64,000 nucleotides of DNA, taken from NCBI GenBank assembly GCA_045863855.1, contig BTVV01000022.1, forward strand, positions 1 to 64,000, given 5' to 3'. The DNA comes from Planctomycetota bacterium (GTDB lineage Bacteria; Planctomycetota; SZUA-567; H5-PLA8). Both the position numbers and the translations under genes were made by a program. The notes under the pieces are model-generated. The model did no database searches and was not told where the DNA came from. It worked only from the letters and a program-made list of their open reading frames with translations. Shown here piece after piece: positions 40,239 to 47,785 of the stretch; position 1 is the first letter of the stretch, and each line of letters opens with the position of its first letter.

Positions 40239-40967
40239 CTACTTCCGATCGCGCTCCCAATCCCGGTGAACCTGGCGAAGGGCTTCCGTGAGTTTCATGC
40301 CCGTACGACGGGCGCGAGCGCGAGCGAGGGCGAGCAGATCCGCTTGCCGCGCGTGCTTGGCTTCGTGGCGCTTCTGGAGTTCCGACTTCACGCCAGGTCG
40401 CACCTTGGGCCGCGAGGCGCGCAAGAACGAGGCATGCAGCTCGGGCTTTTCGCGCGATAGGTACGACATCGCGGCCGCCAACGTGCACCCGCGCTTTTCC
40501 GCACGCTCCCGCGCCTCCGTCATAAACGGATGCGCGCTAAGCAACCGAAGAGGCGCCATTTGAATGCGCGGGCCAGACGCCAGGGCTTTCGGATCTTCGT
40601 CTTCGTCGTCTTCGTTGTCGTCGTCGTCTTCTTCGTCGTCGTCGTCTTCGTCGTCTTCGTCGTCTTCTTCGTCGTCGTCGTCTTCGTCGTCGTCGTCTTC
40701 GTCGTCGTCTTCGTCGTCTTCGTCGTCCTCGTCGTCTTCGTCTTCGTCGGCTTCGTCATCTTCGTCGGCTTCGTCGTCGCTGATCGGCAGGGGCGGGCGC
40801 CCCACGCTCTTCAGGTACGCCTCGTGCAGCGCCGGCTTCTCACGCGCCAACGCGCGGATCGCTTGCGCGAGCGAGCATTTCTTTCGTTCGGCGAGGGCTT
40901 CCGCCTGGCGCATGAATTCATGCTTGGTGCCCAGCAGGCCCTGGGGCGTGCGGCTTGTTCTTGGCAT
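40239..40967 (-). CDS. Protein with repeated ~40-aa helical modules separated by a poly-Asp/Glu tract
   Basis: HEFMRQAEAL..KCSLAQAIRALAREKPALHEAYL and HPFMTEARER..GCTLAAAMSYLSREKPELHASFL; RBS AGGAG. Confidence 0.75.
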   Translation of the reverse strand: MPRTSRTPQGLLGTKHEFMRQAEALAERKKCSLAQAIRALAREKPALHEAYLKSVGRPPLPISDDEADEDDEADEDEDDEDDEDDEDDDEDDDDEDDDDEEDDEDDEDDDDEEDDDDNEDDEDEDPKALASGPRIQMAPLRLLSAHPFMTEARERAEKRGCTLAAAMSYLSREKPELHASFLRASRPKVRPGVKSELQKRHEAKHARQADLLALARARARRTGMKLTEALRQVHRDWERDRK

Positions 40968-40997
40968 GGCTGGCTCCTAAAAATGTTCGCGGACTGT

Positions 40998-41192
40998 TCA
41001 GCTTCCGCGCGTACGCCGATGCAACGGGATGGACGTCACAAACGCCTGATGCAGATCCGGCCTGGCACGTGCCAATTCACGAATGGCCTGCGCGAGCGAG
41101 CACCGCTTCCGCTCCGCTTGCGCGCGGGCCTCGAGCATGAACGCATGCGTTCCGCCCGTGGGGTCTTGGGGCTCGGTGCTGACGCGTGGCAT
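40998..41192 (-). CDS. Single-module paralogue of the 40239-40967 protein
   Basis: HAFMLEARAQAERKRCSLAQAIRELARARPDLHQAFV; same ATTTTTAGGAG leader and MPR start. Confidence 0.75.
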   Translation of the reverse strand: MPRVSTEPQDPTGGTHAFMLEARAQAERKRCSLAQAIRELARARPDLHQAFVTSIPLHRRTRGS

Positions 41193-41233
41193 GAGTCACT
41201 CCTAAAAATCGGGAACCGCGTACGCGCCGACGG

Positions 41234-41947
41234 CTACTCAGCCGCCGGCGCTACGGCTTCGACTTCAGCTTCGGGTTGCGGTTCGGTCTGGACTTCCGGC
41301 GCCGGGTTCAGCGCGGCTCGCGCGGCGCCCAGGGCCTCGGCGATTAAGTCCCTTTTGCGAAGCGCCGACCGTTCCGGGTTGCGCGCGCGCGTACGCTCGA
41401 GGAAATCGACTTGCACCGGTAGCGGTTCGCTGCCCAACGCCGCCGCAAGCGCCGGATGCGCCACCAGGTCTTGGGCGAGCCGCGGAAGCCCCATAGCAGG
41501 GCCGCACAACCGTTGAATCACATCATGCGGCGAGTGACCTTCGCGCGGATCCAACATGCCGCCGCGCAGCGCCGCAAAAGCCCGGATCGCGCCGGCCACG
41601 TGCGCGGCCAACTCGCCAAGCAAGGCTTGCCGTTCTGCTTCGTCGGCCTGGTCTGCCGCGTCCAGCGGCGCGGACAGCGCCGCACGCGCGATCTTTTCGG
41701 CATCGCGCATCTGCTCATCGATTTCGAGCAGCACAAGACGAAGCGCCTCCGCATCGCGCCGGGCCTCGAAACATTCTTTTTCCGCCGCGGCCTCTTCCTT
41801 CGGCGCGCCCTTGCCGGTCCGTACGCGCTGCTTGCGCAGATCCTCCGCTTTCGCATCCGACGCGGCCGCGGCCTCTTCGTACTCGGCGAGCTGCGCTTCC
41901 AGCTTCACGCGCTCGAAGGCCAGCTCTTGCAGTCGTTCGGCACTCAT
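41234..41947 (-). CDS. Coiled-coil hypothetical protein (element)
   Basis: E/A/R-rich heptad-like N-terminal half; AGGAG RBS. Confidence 0.65.
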   Translation of the reverse strand: MSAERLQELAFERVKLEAQLAEYEEAAAASDAKAEDLRKQRVRTGKGAPKEEAAAEKECFEARRDAEALRLVLLEIDEQMRDAEKIARAALSAPLDAADQADEAERQALLGELAAHVAGAIRAFAALRGGMLDPREGHSPHDVIQRLCGPAMGLPRLAQDLVAHPALAAALGSEPLPVQVDFLERTRARNPERSALRKRDLIAEALGAARAALNPAPEVQTEPQPEAEVEAVAPAAE

Positions 41948-41974
41948 GGTTCTAGCTCCTATCGTTCGGGTTCA

Positions 41975-42451
41975 TTAAACGGCACGCGCGAGCGGAGCGC
42001 ATCGGTGCGCTTGGTCCGTTTTGCGCGCGTTCTGTTCCACGGGGAAGACTTCGAACTGGTCCAGCGAGATCACAACGACGGCCCGCGCGTCGGCCGGCAG
42101 CTCGCCATCCGGCGCCGGCAGATCCCAGCCACGCGCCGAGAACAGCACCGCGAAACACCGGGAGCCCAAGGCCGCGCTGCACCCACGGTAGAAGGTGCTC
42201 TTAGCTACCGGCAACCCCAACTTACGCAAAGCAGCGAGCGCTTCGGATGCGTTCAGCACCGGAGCCGCGCCCGCGGCTTCGGTCGCGGCTTCGCGCGCTA
42301 CTTCCGGCCCCAGCATCGGAGCGAGCACGCGCACCAGCGCACACGCAAGGCGTCGCCGGCCACGATCGCGCAGACGACTGCGCACCGGCGCAAGCGCCGC
42401 GGTCAGTTCGGCGAGACCCGGCTTTAGAACTTCAGTCCGCAATCGAAGCAT
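41975..42451 (-). CDS. Hypothetical protein with possible HTH
   Basis: VLNASEALAALRKLGLPVAKSTFYR resembles an AlpA/MerR-like HTH. Confidence 0.45.
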   Translation of the reverse strand: MLRLRTEVLKPGLAELTAALAPVRSRLRDRGRRRLACALVRVLAPMLGPEVAREAATEAAGAAPVLNASEALAALRKLGLPVAKSTFYRGCSAALGSRCFAVLFSARGWDLPAPDGELPADARAVVVISLDQFEVFPVEQNARKTDQAHRCAPLARAV

Positions 42452-42747
42452 TGATGCTTCGGCATCCGGCGGCCGATGACCTGGGGGTAAGACGCGGTCT
42501 GCAGCGGGTGGCTGGGCTGCGCGCACTTCGGACACGGCGGGCCGCTCGGCGCCGCCTGCGCCGCGACGGGCACGACCGGCGCCGGCTGCACCAGCGCCGC
42601 GGCCGGGACACCAATGCGTCGCTTCGCCTTGCGCTGCGCTTCGATGGACGGATGCAGGGGCGGAACCGCCAGCGAGGGGGGCCGGCTGCCGGCGTACGTG
42701 CGTCGAATCGGGCCGACTGGTTCGGCGCCGTGTGCGGTGTAGCTCAT
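42424..42747 (-). CDS. Zinc-ribbon protein (Ogr/Delta-like)
   Basis: C-terminal CPKC...HQCFDCGLKF; AGGAG RBS; first gene of the leftward operon. Confidence 0.55.
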   Translation of the reverse strand: MSYTAHGAEPVGPIRRTYAGSRPPSLAVPPLHPSIEAQRKAKRRIGVPAAALVQPAPVVPVAAQAAPSGPPCPKCAQPSHPLQTASYPQVIGRRMPKHQCFDCGLKF

Positions 42748-42839
42748 GACTTTTCTCCTGGGGGCAACCTCTTTCCGTGCCGCGGGACTGCGCAGACGTC
42801 TGCGCCAGATTCGATCGAGCACGGGCGAGGTTCATGCGC

Positions 42840-42897
42840 GCATAGGACCACAGGCGGCGGCTGAAATCGACGCGGCCAAACCGCAGTCATTCCGCAA
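42840..42897 (-). promoter_or_regulatory. Duplicated promoter/operator, leftward copy
   Basis: 33/34 identity to 46134-46167 in inverted orientation, plus an equally spaced GTGGTyyyATGC box. Confidence 0.7.
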
Positions 42898-43125
42898 CCC
42901 GTCTAACCCAAGCCAGAAAAATGACTTACGTGATCATGAAACAAAGCCGGAAGCAGGCTCTATTTTTCTGCGGGCGGTTGCGGTATAAGGCGCGGTTGCG
43001 CTGGACACCTGAAGCCACGCGCGGAACGCACGCGACAATCGAAGATCGCCCCACGGGGAGGCCGTAAGCGCAAGCTCGGCACCGACGCCGCCCGGCGAAG
43101 GTTCAGGCTCCCCAGGGGCGGCCCT

Positions 43126-43701
43126 ATGCCGAGATGCTGCATGTTCTTCGCACCCGAACTCTCTCCCAGGGAACGGAGCGTTCTCCGCTTCGGGTCACTC
43201 GCGCTCCCGACGCATAACGGTCTTCGGTACTTCCCAGTATCCTTGGTTGGGCACAAGCGATTCGAGCACCTATTTTCTCAAACCTGGAAACGGATTAATC
43301 AGCCTGACCGCTCCGTGATATTGCGCCACTGGAAGACGCAGCCCGGAACACCCAAGGATCCGTACGCGCCTGAAATCATTTACAGCTCTACTGGGTGGCG
43401 CAATAGGCCAATGGCGGGGTCCTGCTCCAGCAACGGCAATGAATTACAATTTAATGCGACCCTTATCCAGCGGATTCCCAATGAAGCGGCCAGGGCCTTG
43501 GTTGCCCACGAACTTGCCCACGCCTTTTTAGAGGGCATGCGCCACCAAAAAAACTTTGTTCTCGCTAAGCACGAAGAAGAAGAATTCGTTGTTGATCAAG
43601 TCATGAAAGCTCGGTGGGGTTTCGACGATACGCTGATCACCCAATGGGTGGAGACACATCCCGAGATTCACGACCTGCTGCATGAAGCGAACAGCGCATA
43701 A
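43126..43701 (+). CDS. HEXXH zinc metallopeptidase-like protein
   Basis: LVAHELAHAF plus downstream EEEE; visibly lower GC than its flanks. Confidence 0.65.
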   Translation: MPRCCMFFAPELSPRERSVLRFGSLALPTHNGLRYFPVSLVGHKRFEHLFSQTWKRINQPDRSVILRHWKTQPGTPKDPYAPEIIYSSTGWRNRPMAGSCSSNGNELQFNATLIQRIPNEAARALVAHELAHAFLEGMRHQKNFVLAKHEEEEFVVDQVMKARWGFDDTLITQWVETHPEIHDLLHEANSA

Positions 43702-43891
43702 GCGAAAGGAGGCCGCCTATCGACTGAACCGCCCTACGCGCGTTAGAGCGCGCGGGAGTAAAGAAGCGGGGCCGACCAGCGATGACACGCCGGCCGACCC
43801 CTAAGCAAGCCACCAGTCAGAGCCTGGCAGCTTACCTAGCCGTGAGTATCGGCCAAGGTGCTGCCCTTTCATCAGAGGAAAGGGGCACACG

Positions 43892-44917
43892 ATGCACCGC
43901 CCAAACCAAGCACCGCAGGACCCCCCCGACGATTCCGAAGATACGCAAAGCATAGAAGTGCTTTTGAACCATCCCGAACATCCCGACCGGACCACGCCCG
44001 GCTGGCGCAACCTGCTGCGCGCACCGAACGGGCACCTGCTGACCCGCGCGGACCTGAAGAAAGAAAAGCGGAACCTTGCGCAGGCGCTGTTGGGCTTCAA
44101 GGCCTTCCCGGATCTAAAGGACGACCTTCACCCCGGATTCCAGCGCGCCATGGAGCCGCGTATCTGGATCCTGTCGCTCCTGCTGCGCGGTCGACGGCCC
44201 GTTCCGGCGGCTTGGTACGACGGCTATGTAGAGCACGTTCACCACGTCTGCAAGCGTCAGGAGGAGCCCGAACCACCCGACCGGTTGAAAGCCGACCGGA
44301 AGGAGCTGGCCTTCGCGCTGCACTACGCCGAACAGCACCCCGAGGCCGACGGGTGCGACCGCTGGACGCGGCTGAACCTGGAAGCGCGCATCCGGATGAT
44401 CCGGCACTTCCTGCGGCGCGGCGTGACGCGCCTGGCGTACACCCGGATCGCAAACCGGATCATCCGGCACACCGCGAAGCGGGGCCGCCACGGCCTTCCG
44501 GCGAGCAAGCCCGCACACACGCCGGACGGAGCGCCGCGCGACTGGAAGGAGGCGCACCGCGAAGTGCTCCGCTGGGAGCACCTGTTTCGCGAAGTCCCGC
44601 ACCTGGCCGAAGAGCATCCGGCCTTTCTGGACAGGCTGAAGCGCAACAACGCGCCGCCGGCCGAACCCGAGCGCACGCCGGCGAAGCCGCCGCTGCCCCC
44701 GGACGCCAAGCCGGGAGGCATTCAAGGCCCCGAATGCTACGAGCTGGACCCGCGGCACGATCCGCTGGTCTGCAAAGCCACGGGCGACGAACACGAATGG
44801 GTGCCGCACGCCGAGCGCGGGCACGCCTGCTGCTTGTGCGGGGTTCATTACAAGCCCCTAGATGGCGGGCCGGCGACGCCCGAGGACCTCTTCGACCTGG
44901 AAGGGGGTGCCGTTTGA
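43892..44917 (+). CDS. Hypothetical protein with Cys/His-rich C-terminus
   Basis: 341-aa ORF with element-like codon usage; C..C...HEW...CCLCG. Confidence 0.6.
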   Translation: MHRPNQAPQDPPDDSEDTQSIEVLLNHPEHPDRTTPGWRNLLRAPNGHLLTRADLKKEKRNLAQALLGFKAFPDLKDDLHPGFQRAMEPRIWILSLLLRGRRPVPAAWYDGYVEHVHHVCKRQEEPEPPDRLKADRKELAFALHYAEQHPEADGCDRWTRLNLEARIRMIRHFLRRGVTRLAYTRIANRIIRHTAKRGRHGLPASKPAHTPDGAPRDWKEAHREVLRWEHLFREVPHLAEEHPAFLDRLKRNNAPPAEPERTPAKPPLPPDAKPGGIQGPECYELDPRHDPLVCKATGDEHEWVPHAERGHACCLCGVHYKPLDGGPATPEDLFDLEGGAV

Positions 44918-45183
44918 GCCCTTCCCTGGATTTGTTGGAGCGGTACGACGTGGCGCGGCGGAAGTATCCGGGCTGGGCGTTTCTCATGCAGGACGATCGC
45001 GACCCCGCGCGGGGCTGGCTGATTCGTGAAGTGGGGCGCGTGGGCTTTGTGCATCTTCCGTTCCCGTGGTCGGACCACGAGCGCCACCTTGCGCGGCTGC
45101 TTTGGCAAGGCGTCAGCGTAGCGGTTACGACGCCGCTGGCGGATGAATTGCCGGCGCCCGCGCGGCTGGCGCTGGAAGGGTAG
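44914..45183 (+). CDS. Small MutS domain-I-like protein
   Basis: TTG overlapping the upstream TGA; LERYDVARRKYP...PFPWSDHERHLARLLWQGVSVAV. Confidence 0.5.
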   Translation: MSPSLDLLERYDVARRKYPGWAFLMQDDRDPARGWLIREVGRVGFVHLPFPWSDHERHLARLLWQGVSVAVTTPLADELPAPARLALEG

Positions 45184-45195
45184 CGCGTTAAAGTC

Positions 45196-46125
45196 GTGCC
45201 GTCGCCGGATAGCCCGGCCAGGCGAAGAGGGCCACTCCAAGCCCCTGCCGGCGACGGTCTTTTCTTGGAGCGCGCAAGGAGGCGCGAACGTATGAACGAC
45301 GATGAACTTCGGAAGGTGTTCCTCCCCCTGGTCCACCGAGCACGGCAAGCCGATCGCCACTTTGACGTGCTATTCCTTTGGATCAAGCGCCTCGATACAA
45401 CATGGCTGGCGATACGCTTTGCAGAACTGTCCGCAGAGGCGCAAGGCGCGCTGGTGGAAGGCGCGCGCTACGGGCTCCTTGACTTGCTTATTTCGTTCGA
45501 TCTCACCGAAAAGGGGCTTTCACGGGCGGGACTGGCCCAGGTCCGCGGGGATGTATTTTCGCCGCCCGGAGGCCTGCCTCAACTGCTGGCCAGCCACCTT
45601 GCTTCAAGCGGTCTGGTACCAGAGGGCTCCACCCTACACAGCGCCCTTCCGATCAGAGTCAGGCTTTCGAGTAGAGGCCGCGACGCCGAGCAGACTTGCC
45701 CCGACGTGGTTTCCATGCGCACGGACTACTGCGCGGAACCCGAACGCGCACGGATTGCCGTTGTGGAGCTGAACAAATCGGCACCCGAACCAGCCCTGCA
45801 CGCGCAGACCGTCAACATTCAACACGTGGGGCAGGTCCGCGCCGAGACGGTGAATCTCCCGGCACCGCCCGCCCAAGCGCAGACGTCTGCGGAGCCGCTT
45901 GCGGACCTTGAAGCGTGGATTTTCGATCAACTGAAAGGCGCCTATCGAACGGCAAAAGAACTTTATGGGGCCGCCAAGGGTGATGCAGGGCTGATTAAAA
46001 AATCAGTAGGGAGAGAAAAACGAACCATCGAAGGGGCTTTATCTAACCTCAAGAAATCAAAGCGGATAGCTCTTAAAAGAGGCTCAGGCTACTACCGCCC
46101 CGACGCACCGCCCAACGCCCGCTAA
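45196..46125 (+). CDS. Hypothetical protein with C-terminal winged HTH (candidate element regulator)
   Basis: IFDQLKG.YRTAKEL...TIEGALSNLKKSKRIALKRGSGYYR; start may be ATG 45292. Confidence 0.6.
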   Translation: MPSPDSPARRRGPLQAPAGDGLFLERARRRERMNDDELRKVFLPLVHRARQADRHFDVLFLWIKRLDTTWLAIRFAELSAEAQGALVEGARYGLLDLLISFDLTEKGLSRAGLAQVRGDVFSPPGGLPQLLASHLASSGLVPEGSTLHSALPIRVRLSSRGRDAEQTCPDVVSMRTDYCAEPERARIAVVELNKSAPEPALHAQTVNIQHVGQVRAETVNLPAPPAQAQTSAEPLADLEAWIFDQLKGAYRTAKELYGAAKGDAGLIKKSVGREKRTIEGALSNLKKSKRIALKRGSGYYRPDAPPNAR

Positions 46126-46133
46126 ACACGCTA

Positions 46134-46191
46134 TTGCGGAATGGCTGCGGTTTGGCCGCGTCGATTTTTAGCGCGCCCCGTGGTTCCATGC
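46134..46191 (+). promoter_or_regulatory. Duplicated promoter/operator, rightward copy
   Basis: ttgcggaatggctgcggtttggccgcgtcgattt..gtggttccatgc just before the replication operon. Confidence 0.7.
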
Positions 46192-46214
46192 CCTCAGTTC
46201 ACGAGGGCATACCG

Positions 46215-46442
46215 ATGACTTCGCTTCAAGTAGCGCAACGCGTCACGACTCGCGAAGCGGCAGACCTCTTCAAGTGCGAACAGGCCCAAGCGCTGGTCCT
46301 GCTCAAGGCTGCACACATTCCGCACGACCGCGTAGGGCACGGCCAATACCTCTGGCACGCCGAAGCCGTGCTCCGCTTCGCCGAAACGCTCGCCGCGTCC
46401 GAACGCGCCGCGGCGCCGGCCGCCGTCCAGGCCCAAGGATAA
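46215..46442 (+). CDS. Small AlpA/Xis-like DNA-binding protein
   Basis: VTTREAADLF...RVGHGQYLW..EAV. Confidence 0.55.
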   Translation: MTSLQVAQRVTTREAADLFKCEQAQALVLLKAAHIPHDRVGHGQYLWHAEAVLRFAETLAASERAAAPAAVQAQG

Positions 46443-46500
46443 GGGAAAAAAGAAACGCGCGGTCGCCGCCAAGCAGACCCGCGCGCTTCGAAGAACGAAC

Positions 46501-47001
46501 ATGGGAACTATACTCCGCTACCCGTTCCGCCCGCAAGAGGGCAGCCCCGCCGAATCCGAGCGGAAGCTGGCCGAACTCCAAGCCCGCGGCTGGAAGCTGA
46601 CCCGCATGGGCTTCCAGCTCCCCGAACGCGACCAGGCCCGCGGCCTCGAACCCGAGCCCGACGCCGAAGAAGTTCGCCTCTGCACGCTCTTCCTGTACGT
46701 CCACGCGCTGCCGCGCGAATCCTTCAACGAACGCGCAGACAGCTACCGGTTGAAGCATGACGTGGAGCGCTGGCTCGAGGCCGCCGGCTGCAAGCGCCAC
46801 ATTTCCAACGGCGCCTTGATCGTCGCCGCCGTCCGCATGGGCTTCCCGTTCCGCCTCTTCGACCCGCCGCACCAGAAGGACGCCTTCTTCCGCATGGGCC
46901 TGTTCTGGCGCTGGAACGGTTCAAGCGAAGTGCCGCTCCCCGTAGACCTCTGGCCGGCGCATATCCGCAACGGCCGCACCGCTCAAAGGGCGCGCCGATG
47001 A
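46501..47001 (+). CDS. Mobile-element hypothetical protein
   Basis: SYRLKHDVE...ISNGALIVAA motif, which I recall from phage/satellite replication regions. Confidence 0.6.
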   Translation: MGTILRYPFRPQEGSPAESERKLAELQARGWKLTRMGFQLPERDQARGLEPEPDAEEVRLCTLFLYVHALPRESFNERADSYRLKHDVERWLEAAGCKRHISNGALIVAAVRMGFPFRLFDPPHQKDAFFRMGLFWRWNGSSEVPLPVDLWPAHIRNGRTAQRARR

Positions 47002-47225
47002 AGCCCTCCCTCCCAAAAGATATGCCGGTGCTGTACTGGCGCTTTCCCAACGGCAAGGTCCTGCCGTTCTTCTCGCCCTTCGCCAGCTACGCCGAGAACC
47101 GCCGCTTGCGCGCCGGCCTGCGGCTGCACCGCGAAGCCTGGGGCTTCAAAAAGGGCGAGGGCGAGATCGTCTCGCACCTGCACGGCCAGTTCGTTCCGTG
47201 GCCGCCGAAGGACGGGCAGCCATGA
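46998..47225 (+). CDS. Small hypothetical protein
   Basis: ATGA-coupled to neighbours on both sides. Confidence 0.5.
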   Translation: MKPSLPKDMPVLYWRFPNGKVLPFFSPFASYAENRRLRAGLRLHREAWGFKKGEGEIVSHLHGQFVPWPPKDGQP

Positions 47226-47785
47226 GCGCGCGCGTCACCTTCGAAGAGGCCGTCGCCAAGCTCTGCGCGCATCCCAAGTGGAGCTGGTCGGCGCGCTGGT
47301 GGCGCTTGGGCGAATTGATCGTGGCCACGCGGGACAAGGCCTGGTCGGTCAAGGATCCCGCGAAGCTGGTGCCCGTCGGCGTGACGGCGCTGGGCTGCAC
47401 CGGCATCGACCAGGCCGGGCGCTTGGCCTGGATTTTTTGGGATCTCGACGTTTCCCACGGCGCCCCGATCACGCTTTCCGACGGAGAGAAGGTCCAGCCG
47501 TACGCGACGGTAGAGGAAGCGATCGCCGACGCGCGCCGGCTGCGCAAAGCGCTGGACGGTCACGCCGAGATCCGCTTCAGCAAGAGCGGGAACGGCGTGC
47601 ACGTGCGGTACTTCGTGGGCGCCGAGCGCAACCTGCCCGGCCATACCGGCCCCGAGATCGCGAAGACCTTCGCGCGCAAACTGAAACTGAAGGCCGACCG
47701 CTCGCCCTTGGGCCGCCAGGCCGCTTGGCTCTGGGCGCGCACACTCCCGCCGCGGGCCTTCGAATTGATTGAGGACTGCGCATGA
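47222..47785 (+). CDS. AEP-superfamily primase catalytic domain
   Basis: WIFWDLD (DxD) and FSKSGNGVHV (SxxGxH) motifs. Confidence 0.7.
   Translation: MSARVTFEEAVAKLCAHPKWSWSARWWRLGELIVATRDKAWSVKDPAKLVPVGVTALGCTGIDQAGRLAWIFWDLDVSHGAPITLSDGEKVQPYATVEEAIADARRLRKALDGHAEIRFSKSGNGVHVRYFVGAERNLPGHTGPEIAKTFARKLKLKADRSPLGRQAAWLWARTLPPRAFELIEDCA

Noticed and set aside
40520..41516. Poly-Ser, poly-Thr and poly-Val ORFs
   Set aside because: Alternative frames of the GAC/GAA repeat; only the Asp/Glu frame has an RBS and paralogous modules.
43858..45183. 441-aa ORF as one gene
   Set aside because: Its first ~350 codons overlap the better ORF 43892-44917 in another frame; only the last 89 codons look coding.
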